From Flavobacteriales bacterium (GTDB lineage: Bacteria > Bacteroidota > Bacteroidia > NS11-12g > UBA955): 64,000 nucleotides of DNA. Below the pieces are notes generated by a model. That model ran no database searches and had not been told where the DNA came from. It saw only the letters and a program-made list of their open reading frames with translations. A program made the translations under genes and the position numbers. The stretch is from assembly GCA_947496375.1 (NCBI GenBank), contig CANMCY010000002.1, positions 127,116 through 191,115 of the forward strand, given 5' to 3'. Positions 39,988-49,886 of the stretch are shown in pieces; position 1 is the first letter of the stretch, and each line of letters starts with the position of its first letter.

Positions 39988-41811
39988 TTGAAAGCCATTC
40001 TGCAGTTTTATCGTCATGCGCGGCCCTACAAAGGGCTGATTTTTCTGAATTTCGGCTTTAACCTGTTGTATATACTGCTTCACCTCAGCACCCTGCTCAT
40101 GATTATGCCGGTGCTAAAGTTCCTATTTAAGCCCAACGATGCGGCACCCGGCCTGGACACCAAAGGGCTTGAGGTAGGCAACTGGTTCGCGGCACGTTAC
40201 GAAGCATTCATACACTGGTTTGGCGGGATGGCTAAAGGGGATCCCCTAAGGGCGCTGGCATTTTTGTGTGCGGCACTGGTCATTATTACCGTTGTTAAAA
40301 ACCTGAGTCGGTTTGCTGCCATGAGTGTGATGGCCAAATTGCGCAATATGGCGGTTCGCGATATGCGAATGAACATCTACAATCGCTGTCTGGAACTGCC
40401 TGTGGCCTATTTCAATGAAGAACGAAAGGGTGACTTGCTCTCGCGCATGAGCAACGATATGAAAGAAATCGAATTTGCGCTGATGGTATCCCTGGAAGCA
40501 CTCTATATGCAGCCACTGACCATATTACTATTTCTATGTGCGCTGATTTTTTTATCTCCCCAACTTACCCTTTATATTGTTATTTTCCTTCCGCTTACCG
40601 CGATTTTTATTGGACTGTTAAGCCGCAGCCTGCGGAAAAAAAGCACCCGTAATCAGGAACTGGCAGGTCGCATAATGTCATCTTTTGAAGAAAGCATCAG
40701 CGGCATGCGCATCATCAAAGCATTCAACGCCGCCGGGTTTTTTCGTAAAAAATACAGTGAGGAAGATTGGTCCTATACCCGCAACAATATTGGTGTGCAG
40801 CGACGGTATGATTTATCCTCACCGCTCAGCGAAACCATTGGAATATCGGTATCGGCAGCGCTGCTTTGGCTGGGGGGTAACATGGTTTTCGGCGGAACGC
40901 TAAATCCGGAGTTTTTTCTCACCTATTTTGCCATATTCAGCCAGCTCATCAATCCGTTCAAGGCATTGAGCTCATCGTATTCTGCGGCGGTGCGCGGACA
41001 GGCCAGTCTGCACCGCATCGAAGAACTGGTGAATGCACCTGTGCGGGTTCAGGATCCGATTTATCCCAAAGTTCCTTCTTTTGAACACAGCATTGAATTT
41101 AGGGATGTTTCATTTGGCTATGACCCCAGCAAAGCTGTTCTGCACAACATTAATTTGACCATTAAAAAAGGGCAAACCATTGCCCTGGTAGGCCCAAGTG
41201 GAGCGGGTAAAACAACCTTCACTGATTTAATAGCGCGTTTTTACGACGTGGATTCCGGCAGCATTTTACTGGACGGACATGATTTGCGTGAGTTTCGGCA
41301 GGATGACCTTAGGCAGCTGATGGGCATGGTAAGTCAGGAAAGTATTTTGTTTAATGAATCCGTGCGCAACAACATTGCACTGGGAAAACCGGAAGCCGAC
41401 GAAAAGGCGGTTACAGATGCGGCCAAAGCGGCTTATGCACACGAGTTTATCGAACAACTTGAGCAAGGCTACCATTCCAATATCGGGGAGCGTGGCAGTA
41501 AACTAAGCGGCGGGCAAAGACAACGCTTGGGCATTGCAAGGGCATTGCTCAAAGATCCGCAGATTCTCATTTTGGACGAGGCCACCAGTGCACTTGACAG
41601 CCAAAGCGAAAAGGCCGTGCAGGCCGCACTGGAAAAACTAATGCAGAACCGCACCAGCATTATCATAGCACATCGTTTGAGCACGGTTACTCATGCAGAT
41701 TTAATTGTGGTCATGGATCAGGGCCGCATTACGGAAGTCGGTAACCATGAAGAGCTCCTGGCCCAAAAGGGGTTATATCACAAACTCATCCAGTTGCAAC
41801 AGCTGGCATAA
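39988..41811 (+). CDS. ABC transporter, fused TMD-NBD (MsbA-like)
   Basis: TMD, GPSGAGKT, LSGGQRQR, ILDEATSALD, IAHRLST. Confidence 0.93.
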   Translation: MKAILQFYRHARPYKGLIFLNFGFNLLYILLHLSTLLMIMPVLKFLFKPNDAAPGLDTKGLEVGNWFAARYEAFIHWFGGMAKGDPLRALAFLCAALVIITVVKNLSRFAAMSVMAKLRNMAVRDMRMNIYNRCLELPVAYFNEERKGDLLSRMSNDMKEIEFALMVSLEALYMQPLTILLFLCALIFLSPQLTLYIVIFLPLTAIFIGLLSRSLRKKSTRNQELAGRIMSSFEESISGMRIIKAFNAAGFFRKKYSEEDWSYTRNNIGVQRRYDLSSPLSETIGISVSAALLWLGGNMVFGGTLNPEFFLTYFAIFSQLINPFKALSSSYSAAVRGQASLHRIEELVNAPVRVQDPIYPKVPSFEHSIEFRDVSFGYDPSKAVLHNINLTIKKGQTIALVGPSGAGKTTFTDLIARFYDVDSGSILLDGHDLREFRQDDLRQLMGMVSQESILFNESVRNNIALGKPEADEKAVTDAAKAAYAHEFIEQLEQGYHSNIGERGSKLSGGQRQRLGIARALLKDPQILILDEATSALDSQSEKAVQAALEKLMQNRTSIIIAHRLSTVTHADLIVVMDQGRITEVGNHEELLAQKGLYHKLIQLQQLA

Positions 41812-41821
41812 TTAATACCGT

Positions 41822-44002
41822 TCAGGTATTAAACCAGTATACCCACTTAAACGCCAGACTTCTGTTCTTAGTGAGGAAGCGGGGCTCATAGTTCTCGGAA
41901 TACACCACAAAAAAGTCACTCATGGGTCTGTATCGCCATTGGTAACGGACGTTTACATTCACATTTTCTGCTTGGGTGTTGTACTGCAAAAAAGCGGTAA
42001 AATACATAGTGGTGCTAAGACTATACTCTGTTTTTGCCCCAATGAGATTGAGGGTAGATTTTCCAAGTTCGGGAATATCAATATTAATACGGCGGTAATT
42101 GAGGGTAAACAGAAATCTTGGCTGAAGGCGATATTGCATGGCTCCGGTAAGGGAAAGTTTATCTCCTCCAAAATAGGTTCCATACTGACATTCTATGGAA
42201 CCATTCAAAGTCCGTCGATTATTGCTGTTTGCCAATGCTGACACGCTTTGAAAATGGTATTCTCCGGTAGAAAGAAATTGGGTGTCTCTGGGATTCACCG
42301 GATTAAAGGGCTGAAATAACCAGAAAAACTCTCGGTTGGCGGCCAATCGGAAACTTGCACTGTTTTGCAACATCACTTTTCCAGAAAGGGTGGAAATTGC
42401 CTCTGTTATCCTGTAATTACTATCGGTATAGGTGCTGTTATACAGGTTAAACGAAAAGTTGTTAATCACACGGCTTTTGGGATAAAAAACCCGGCTGATC
42501 ATGGGTTCCAGGCGGCCATAACTCATGAAAAAGGTTTTACGCAGCGCGGGGTCATAGTTTTCAATGCGTGGCACAAATCCCGTTGGGGCCCGAAACTTGC
42601 CTGAAACATACTCATGGTTCCACATGGCCTCCCATTTCAGGGTGCGATAAAAAAGATAGGAGGCATGGGCATAGCCTCTGTTGGATTTCAGGCCTTCATA
42701 GAGGGCCTTTTGCACAAATGCCTTACCCACCCAGCGATTGTTGGGGGTGAGCAAATTAAACTCAAGTCCTGCCACAGAATTGCGCTTTGCATTCACAGCA
42801 CCTACCGCCTGTTCGCTCACCAAAATTCCCCCGAGATAACTGGCAGCCAGTATTTTCCGCTGAAATGCAGCCACAGCATAGTTTTTAGCCGGATTAAGCG
42901 AGTCGATTCTTCGGGTTTGAACATTCATAATACCCACCCTAAGGTCTTTTCCGATTTTACCGGTTATTCTGGCACCCGCATCAATGGGGATGTTGCCCGC
43001 CTGAGAAAGGCCTATACGACGGCTAAAGAAGGGCCGTATTTGACGAAAACCAAACTGGGCGAATAGATCGCTGTTTTCAATAAAAAACTGTCTCCTTTCG
43101 GGGAAAAACAAGGAAAACCGGGTCAGGTTGATTTGTTGCTCATCCACATCCACCTGGGCAAAGTCCGGGTTTAGTGTCACATCCAAGTTCAGGGATGAAC
43201 TCAGGCCTACCTTGGCATCCAGCCCAATCCTTGGGGTGTTATCTTTCAGAAACTCTCCCTTTTCGCCTGTAGCAAGACTGCTTGCATAAGGAATGAGGGC
43301 AATATTGGGTCCCTTTCTGGCGGGCGGCTTCGGCCATTCCAGGGCTCCGGTAAACAAAAGAGAACTGATATTGAACATCCGTGGTACTTTAATCCAAGTA
43401 CTTACTTCATTATTTCGAAAATCTGCCCGCGCCACATTAAACCGCCAGTTATTAAGTCCATCGGGAAAACGCAGGGATTTAAAGGGTATTTCAAATTCAG
43501 CAAACCATGTATCGCGGGTAATGCGGGTAGCGCTATACCAAATCTGATCCCAGGCAGTAGACACCCCAAATCCGCCACCATTTTCTACAGAACCCTCCCG
43601 CTGTGCATTTTGAGGGGTAACCCCAAATGAGAAGCCATTTTCACCGTCTCCAAACGGACTTAACGTGAGTACCACAGCATCGCTTTGGGTAATGCTAAAA
43701 TACCGCTTCAGACTCTGCACCACAAAGGGTTTGTCCTGGTTGCGGTTTACACAGATGAAAGCTGCATACAGCCGTTGTTCATCATATGCCAGCATAAAAC
43801 CGGTCCGCGTCAGCGATTCGGAGGTGTCGTAAGGAAAATGTTGTATAAAACGATTTTGCAACGGCGCTTTTTGCCAGATGGCTTCCGTCAAATTGCCATC
43901 AATAACAATGTTTTCCTCTGTATTCTGAATGGGATATACCTGAGCGACTGCATCAAGGGATGATATTATAAACAGAATGATAAGAGGATTCCGCAAGGAC
44001 AA
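41822..44002 (-). CDS. CBM9-like + DUF5916 beta-barrel protein
   Basis: IVIDGNLTEAIW, WFAEFEIPFKSLRF, NPDFAQVDVD, FFPERRQFFIE, NVRYQWRYRPMSD. Confidence 0.88.
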   Translation of the reverse strand: MSLRNPLIILFIISSLDAVAQVYPIQNTEENIVIDGNLTEAIWQKAPLQNRFIQHFPYDTSESLTRTGFMLAYDEQRLYAAFICVNRNQDKPFVVQSLKRYFSITQSDAVVLTLSPFGDGENGFSFGVTPQNAQREGSVENGGGFGVSTAWDQIWYSATRITRDTWFAEFEIPFKSLRFPDGLNNWRFNVARADFRNNEVSTWIKVPRMFNISSLLFTGALEWPKPPARKGPNIALIPYASSLATGEKGEFLKDNTPRIGLDAKVGLSSSLNLDVTLNPDFAQVDVDEQQINLTRFSLFFPERRQFFIENSDLFAQFGFRQIRPFFSRRIGLSQAGNIPIDAGARITGKIGKDLRVGIMNVQTRRIDSLNPAKNYAVAAFQRKILAASYLGGILVSEQAVGAVNAKRNSVAGLEFNLLTPNNRWVGKAFVQKALYEGLKSNRGYAHASYLFYRTLKWEAMWNHEYVSGKFRAPTGFVPRIENYDPALRKTFFMSYGRLEPMISRVFYPKSRVINNFSFNLYNSTYTDSNYRITEAISTLSGKVMLQNSASFRLAANREFFWLFQPFNPVNPRDTQFLSTGEYHFQSVSALANSNNRRTLNGSIECQYGTYFGGDKLSLTGAMQYRLQPRFLFTLNYRRINIDIPELGKSTLNLIGAKTEYSLSTTMYFTAFLQYNTQAENVNVNVRYQWRYRPMSDFFVVYSENYEPRFLTKNRSLAFKWVYWFNT

Positions 44003-45253
44003 TTAATCTTTATTGGCTACGTTTCGCTTTTCAACAGCATTCATTCTGTTAATCTGCTCGTATTGGCTTTTCCTGGCATAAGGAACATAGAACCGAAGTA
44101 CACTGCCTGCCATAAGCGTATTGTTTCTGATTCCATTCCATGATTTCATCTCCGTTATGGTGCAGTCAAAAACATCGGACAGGGTATAAAAGCCATCTCC
44201 GGGTTTCACTTTATATATTACCCATACTTTGGCCGGTGGAACCGGTGGTGAAGAAGCAGAAGAACCATTGTTTGACGGCTCCACGCCCCTTTCGCCTCGG
44301 GGTTTTATTTCTATATATGTAATACTGTCCTTTACGGTGATTATGGTATCATACACAATTGGAGGCGCACTTTTTTGTTGTATCATGATGCATAAACTAT
44401 CCCTCACTTTCAGGTATGCGGCGTGCTTGGCGGCCGGAATATGAAAAGTAGCCGGTTCACCAAACCAGGGAATGACATTGGACTTAAATTCCGGGTTTAT
44501 TTGTTGAAGCTCTCCGGATGTAATGCCAGTTTTTTCTTCAAAAAAAGTAAAAGGGAGCAGGCATCGGGCGGTGGCGGTATCGGCCTTCATCATCGGGTAA
44601 ACGTCTTTGCTGAGCCCGGTCTCTTCAAAATGATACATCACCACCAGGGTAGCATAAAAATTTACGATGTGTTGTTGTTCCTCGGGTGTGAGGTGTTTAT
44701 AGATATCCTCAAACTTAAGGCTGTTTCCTGCTTGCCTGATGGCCTGATTCAACCGAACCGCACCAATTCGGAACGCCACGATGGTTTTTAGCCAGTCGCG
44801 ATAAATTCCTTGAAGGTCTTTAATATAGTGGCATGCCGCATTGGAGGATGCTGAAAGTGACCGTCTCTCATCCAGAATGGAAGTTTGTTTCAGCCCATAT
44901 TTTTTGCCCATGCTGAAATTGAGTGGCCATATTCCTGTGGAACCTTCTGCGTCGGTATATCGGGTGTTTAGGCCTGTGTTGGCCGCAGGTAAAAACCGGA
45001 TAAACCAGGGCAAAGAATAAATCTGACGGGCATTGTCTATGTAGGGCTGAAAGGCCGACTGTTTTCCAACCAAGGCGGATGTAATGCGGTTTGGGTTGAG
45101 CAGCAGCGTATCTATTTTTCGTTGCACCGCTGCATTATAAAAATGCGGCAGGCCTACTTGTTCGAAGGCGCGAATGCGGTTTTCCCAAACATTGGCGTTA
45201 AGGCCATTACAAAGAAGAGTAAATGCAAGCAGCAGCAGAACAGAAAACCTCAT
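44003..45253 (-). CDS. MltD-like lytic transglycosylase homologue with LysM, catalytic motif degenerate
   Basis: GKKYGL...LDERR...AACHYIKDLQGIYRDW, INPEF, C-terminal YKVKPGD...KSWNGI LysM. Follows tatA-gatA. Confidence 0.8.
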   Translation of the reverse strand: MRFSVLLLLAFTLLCNGLNANVWENRIRAFEQVGLPHFYNAAVQRKIDTLLLNPNRITSALVGKQSAFQPYIDNARQIYSLPWFIRFLPAANTGLNTRYTDAEGSTGIWPLNFSMGKKYGLKQTSILDERRSLSASSNAACHYIKDLQGIYRDWLKTIVAFRIGAVRLNQAIRQAGNSLKFEDIYKHLTPEEQQHIVNFYATLVVMYHFEETGLSKDVYPMMKADTATARCLLPFTFFEEKTGITSGELQQINPEFKSNVIPWFGEPATFHIPAAKHAAYLKVRDSLCIMIQQKSAPPIVYDTIITVKDSITYIEIKPRGERGVEPSNNGSSASSPPVPPAKVWVIYKVKPGDGFYTLSDVFDCTITEMKSWNGIRNNTLMAGSVLRFYVPYARKSQYEQINRMNAVEKRNVANKD

Positions 45254-46677
45254 GAATTGCAGATACGAAGGATTTCAGATGATACATCAAAGAGTTTTTG
45301 TTCCTCAAAATCCCCACACATTAACTGCATTCCCAGGGGCAAACCTGTGGCTGTTTTTGCCACAGGAATACTGATGGCGCAGTTTCCGGCAATATTTGCC
45401 TGAACGGTAAACAAGTCTGCCAGATACATGGCAATGGGGTCTTTGGATTTTTCACCCAGCTTAAATGCCGGTGTGCTGGTGGTGGGAATCAGGATGGCAT
45501 CAGCGCCCGACAAAACTTCGCGGGTCTTATTTTGGATGATGCGCCTTACTTTCTGAGCTTTGCTGTAATAAGCATCATAATAATCGCTGCTTAAAACAAA
45601 AGTTCCCAGCATAATTCTCCTTTTCACCTCTTCTCCAAAACCTTCGCTCCGGCTGAGGGTAAAAGTAGATTCCAGGTCTTTGGCATGCTGACTCCTGTGG
45701 CCGTATAGCAGCCCGCTGTAGCGGCTCAGGTTACTGCTGGCTTCTGCTGTGGTAAGCACATAATAGGTTGGTACCAGATAATCCAGGTACTCAAAGTCAA
45801 AATAGGTAACGGTGTGCCCTTGGTCAATCAGGGATTTAATCAAGGATTCAGTTTCACTTTTTACATTGGCATCCAAACCCGGATGTTCTATGGCCTGCCG
45901 CATTACGGCAAAAGTGTATTTACCTGCAGATTGATTAGCATGATACTGTGGAGCAGGCCTGTCAGAAACGGTAGCATCCTGCTCATCGGGACCTGCCATG
46001 ATTTCCGTCAGCAATATATTATCCTCCAGCGAGTGGGTAAGGGGCCCAATCTGGTCAAAACTGCTGGCATACGCAAGCAGCCCCCAGCGGCTGATGAGAC
46101 CATAGGTGGGTTTTAGGCCAAATAATCCGCAGAATGCAGCCGGCTGACGTATAGATCCGCCGGTATCACTGCCCAGGGAAGCGTGAACAAGATGGGCTTG
46201 AACGGCAACTGCACTACCGCCGCTGCTACCACCGGGAACCCGCTCCGGGTCTATGGCATTGCGCACAGGACCAAATGCAGAATTTTCATTAGAGGCGCCC
46301 ATGGCAAACTCATCACAGTTGGTACGACCCAGGATGATGGCATCCTCGTCCAGCAAACGCTGAACAGCCGTAGCTGTGAATACGCTTTCAAAACCCTGTA
46401 AAATATTGCTTGCAGCCGATACTTTATGTCCTTTGTAAGCTAGGTTGTCTTTCAGGGCAATGACAGCACCTGCAAGGTGTCCGGGGGTTCCGGATTTAAA
46501 TTTTTGATCAATTACAGCGGCCTTTTCAAGCGCTTCCTCTGCCCATACCTCCAGGAATGCATTGAGGTGTTTATTTTCTTCAATTCGGGCAATATACGAT
46601 TTGACCAGCTGCACGCAGTTGGTTTTACCCGACCGGATGTCGGCCTGAATGTCGGAGATACGCCGATAATTGCTCAA
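45250..46677 (-). CDS. gatA: Asp/Glu-tRNA amidotransferase subunit A
   Basis: [37 protein letters not shown]. Confidence 0.97.
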   Translation of the reverse strand: MSNYRRISDIQADIRSGKTNCVQLVKSYIARIEENKHLNAFLEVWAEEALEKAAVIDQKFKSGTPGHLAGAVIALKDNLAYKGHKVSAASNILQGFESVFTATAVQRLLDEDAIILGRTNCDEFAMGASNENSAFGPVRNAIDPERVPGGSSGGSAVAVQAHLVHASLGSDTGGSIRQPAAFCGLFGLKPTYGLISRWGLLAYASSFDQIGPLTHSLEDNILLTEIMAGPDEQDATVSDRPAPQYHANQSAGKYTFAVMRQAIEHPGLDANVKSETESLIKSLIDQGHTVTYFDFEYLDYLVPTYYVLTTAEASSNLSRYSGLLYGHRSQHAKDLESTFTLSRSEGFGEEVKRRIMLGTFVLSSDYYDAYYSKAQKVRRIIQNKTREVLSGADAILIPTTSTPAFKLGEKSKDPIAMYLADLFTVQANIAGNCAISIPVAKTATGLPLGMQLMCGDFEEQKLFDVSSEILRICNS

Positions 46678-46889
46678 GCTTCTGTCTTGCTCTTGTTGGG
46701 GTCTTCGTCCATGCCCTTGCGAATTTCGCTGGACACGTTGTTTTTGGCATCGTTAAATTCACGAACACCACGACCCAGGCCACGCATCAGTTCAGGGATT
46801 TTACGTCCGCCAAACAACAACAGCACGATAACCAAAATCATGATGATTTCGCCGGTACCCATATTGCCAAGAAAAAGGATAGTACTCAT
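46674..46889 (-). CDS. tatA: Twin-arginine translocase TatA/TatE
   Basis: [32 protein letters not shown]. Confidence 0.95.
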   Translation of the reverse strand: MSTILFLGNMGTGEIIMILVIVLLLFGGRKIPELMRGLGRGVREFNDAKNNVSSEIRKGMDEDPNKSKTEA

Positions 46890-47009
46890 GTTTGAATTTT
46901 TGTTCAAAGTTACCACTAAACCGCGGCATTGTCAAAGAAAAACATACTACAAAGCGGGTTTATGCGGCAACAAACCTTGTATTTATTATTTTTGCCGTGA
47001 TAAACCACT

Positions 47010-47570
47010 ATGGCAACCGTTAATGATCTGCTGACCCAACTGAAAGACCAGCTGGAAAAAAACCTCTCCCACACCCATCAAGAATTTTCACGCATTCGTG
47101 CCGGAAAAGCCACCCCCAACATGCTGGATGGTGTTATGGTAGAATACTATGGAGCTCCAACGCCCTTGAATCAGGTGGCGAATGTGGGTACCCCTGATGC
47201 CAGAACTTTGGCCATACAGCCATGGGATAAATCACTGATTCGCCCCATTGAAACGGCCATCATCAACAGCAACCTAGGGTTTGCCCCCCAAAATGACGGA
47301 GAAATGATCCGAATAAACGTACCGGCCTTAACCGAAGATCGGAGAAAAGATTTGGTCAAAATGGCCAAAGCAGAAGCGGAAAACAGCAAAGTGGGCATCC
47401 GCAACATCCGCAAAGACTTTATGGAAACGGTGAAAACCATGCAAAAGGACGGACTGAGCGAAGATGAAGCGCGGGGTGCTGAAGATGAGATTCAAAAAAC
47501 GATTGACAACTATATCAAGAAAACCGAAGAAGTGTTGTCTTCGAAAGAAAAAGAAATTATGACGGTTTGA
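47010..47570 (+). CDS. frr: Ribosome recycling factor
   Basis: IRAGKA, YYGAPTPL, IQPWDK, PALTEDRRK, IRNIR. Confidence 0.97.
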   Translation: MATVNDLLTQLKDQLEKNLSHTHQEFSRIRAGKATPNMLDGVMVEYYGAPTPLNQVANVGTPDARTLAIQPWDKSLIRPIETAIINSNLGFAPQNDGEMIRINVPALTEDRRKDLVKMAKAEAENSKVGIRNIRKDFMETVKTMQKDGLSEDEARGAEDEIQKTIDNYIKKTEEVLSSKEKEIMTV

Positions 47571-47572
47571 CC

Positions 47573-48736
47573 TTATTCAAAAACCGCCCAATCCCTTATT
47601 TTACCTGCTTTATCAAGCAACTCCTGTAACGTTTCGGCCATCACTGTAATGTGTCCCATTTTTCGTTGCGGACGTATTTCTGATTTGTTATAAAGATGCA
47701 CGTATACGCCGGGTTCCGATAACAGTTTTTCAGCATATTTGAGTTTATATGCACCAGTCTGACCTTCACCCCCCACCAGGTTTATCATCGCAGACGGCTG
47801 TATCATTTCTGTATTACCCAACGGCAAACCCAGTAAAATTCGGTTAAGTTGCTCAAACTGGCTGGTATAGCTTCCCTCAATGGTATGGTGACCGCTGTTA
47901 TGAGGGCGTGGTGCTATCTCATTCACCAATACCTCGGCTGATTGCGTAACAAATAATTCTACGGCAAACAGTCCGGGAGATTTCAATTCTCTAACTGCAT
48001 GCATTGCCACGTTCCTGCATTCCGCCTCCAGATCCGGAGTGGTTTCAGCCGGCGAAAAGAGAAATTCTACCAGATTGCTCTGCGGATTAAAATACATCTC
48101 AATCAGCGGGTATGTAACCACATTTCCGAATTGGTCTGCTGCCACAATCACCGAATATTCGGTTATGTTTTCATGAAAATATTCTACCACGCAAGGTCCA
48201 GGAGATTGAAATAATCCCGTTTGAATGTCACTTTTAGTAACAATATCAACGCCTTTACCATCGTAGCCACCCATGCGTTGTTTCACCACCACCTTATCAC
48301 CGCCAAATGATTTCACTGCCTCTGCCAAACCGGCGGGGTTGTCACATATCACAAAGTCTGCCGTTGGAATGGCGTGTTTTTGGTAAAAATGCTTTTGAAG
48401 ACCCTTATCCTGAATAATTTGCAGGGTGCGGGCCGAGGGGATGACCGTTTTGCCGGATTCTTCCAATTCCATCAATACCCGGCTGTTGATATGCTCTATC
48501 TCATAGGTAAGTACGTCACATTCAGCCGCCAGTTTCTGAATGCTCTCGGCGTCTTTGAGGCCTCCCAGGATTACGTGATTTGCGAGCGCAGCAGCGGGAC
48601 AATTCAAGTCGTTTTCAAGAACGCTGTATTGTATATTCCAGGGACGAGAGGCCTCGATAAGCATTTTGCCAAGCTGCCCACCGCCAATAACCCCAATCCG
48701 TATGTCTACCGGTAGTTTTACGTTACTATTCATCAT
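47573..48736 (-). CDS. purK: N5-CAIR synthase
   Basis: GGGQLGKM, TYEIEH, GYDGKG, NEIAPRPHNSGH, RKMGH. Confidence 0.96.
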   Translation of the reverse strand: MMNSNVKLPVDIRIGVIGGGQLGKMLIEASRPWNIQYSVLENDLNCPAAALANHVILGGLKDAESIQKLAAECDVLTYEIEHINSRVLMELEESGKTVIPSARTLQIIQDKGLQKHFYQKHAIPTADFVICDNPAGLAEAVKSFGGDKVVVKQRMGGYDGKGVDIVTKSDIQTGLFQSPGPCVVEYFHENITEYSVIVAADQFGNVVTYPLIEMYFNPQSNLVEFLFSPAETTPDLEAECRNVAMHAVRELKSPGLFAVELFVTQSAEVLVNEIAPRPHNSGHHTIEGSYTSQFEQLNRILLGLPLGNTEMIQPSAMINLVGGEGQTGAYKLKYAEKLLSEPGVYVHLYNKSEIRPQRKMGHITVMAETLQELLDKAGKIRDWAVFE

Positions 48737-49886
48737 CCAGATCCTCTATGTTAAAAAGCGCTTTGTATTGTTTATGGAATTTTTCAGGTTGAAAGAATTC
48801 CACTGCAAAATTGTGTGCTGCATGTGACATTTCCGCTTTTTCTTCGAATGACAATTGATGGTAAGCGTTCAATGCTGCTTCAAATACGGCCGGTTCAAGG
48901 GGTAACTCCTCACCTGATTGCCTCTCCTTAAGGCCGGTCCAGGGCGTGTTTTCTCCAATGAAGCAAGGCAAACCATAAGACAGCGCCTCCGCAATGGCAT
49001 GCCCAAAATTCTCCCCTTTGCTACAGGAAACAAACACATGATGGTCTCTGTAAAAACTCCCCATGTCTGATGGTGAAACAGCACGAATATGGGTAACTTT
49101 AACATGATCCGGAAGCTGATTGCACAAATTGTTAAATTGGTTAAAATAGTCTTCGTCCGAATAATCACCTATAACGGTTGCCTCAGCCGGAAATGCCAGA
49201 CGCCCCAGCACATGAACGAGCATAGCGGGATCTTTTTCATCAGAAATGCGGCCAACGGAAAGGATTTTCAACGGCTCTCCATAATCATTCCGTTTCTGAT
49301 ACGAAGGGATACTTCGCGGTATGTTGGCAGCTTCCATTATTTTGGCTTTTTTACCCATTGCTGCCCTTATTTCCTTCGTTTCATCGGGCTGGGTGCTTTG
49401 CCAGTCTATGTTATTAAACCAGCCAAATAATCTTGCCAATGTGAGAAATAGGGTTTTTTTAAACGGCTTTACACTGCGGGCACTGCGGTGAAGCATGCCA
49501 CGTGGTGCTACCACGATTTTCCTGTGTTTGGAGCGGTGCCACCATAAAATGGGATAAATACTGAAGTACCGTGAAAATATGCCCTGTACGTAGAGTACTG
49601 ACTTTTCAGACACATTTTCATTCAGGGTGGAAAACAGGGTTGTGCGAGACAATGTCTTGTTATCCAGGTACATTACCCGGGCCATGCCATTCCAGTCTAT
49701 CCAAATTCCGGTGGCTACCGGCAATGCATTGTCTGAACCATAATCCAGGTTTCCGCAAATAATGGAAAAACTGTAGTGGTCGTGCAGCTGTGTCACCAGA
49801 TTAACCAGTGACTGAATGGGTCCACCTGCCCTGAAAGCGGGGTCGAACCAGTCGCAGACCACCACCACGGAGGTTTTCTCAGTCAT
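48726..49886 (-). CDS. Glycosyltransferase family 4
   Basis: GGPIQS, VAPRGML, VGRISDEK, ENFGHAIAEA. Confidence 0.9.
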   Translation of the reverse strand: MTEKTSVVVVCDWFDPAFRAGGPIQSLVNLVTQLHDHYSFSIICGNLDYGSDNALPVATGIWIDWNGMARVMYLDNKTLSRTTLFSTLNENVSEKSVLYVQGIFSRYFSIYPILWWHRSKHRKIVVAPRGMLHRSARSVKPFKKTLFLTLARLFGWFNNIDWQSTQPDETKEIRAAMGKKAKIMEAANIPRSIPSYQKRNDYGEPLKILSVGRISDEKDPAMLVHVLGRLAFPAEATVIGDYSDEDYFNQFNNLCNQLPDHVKVTHIRAVSPSDMGSFYRDHHVFVSCSKGENFGHAIAEALSYGLPCFIGENTPWTGLKERQSGEELPLEPAVFEAALNAYHQLSFEEKAEMSHAAHNFAVEFFQPEKFHKQYKALFNIEDLDDE

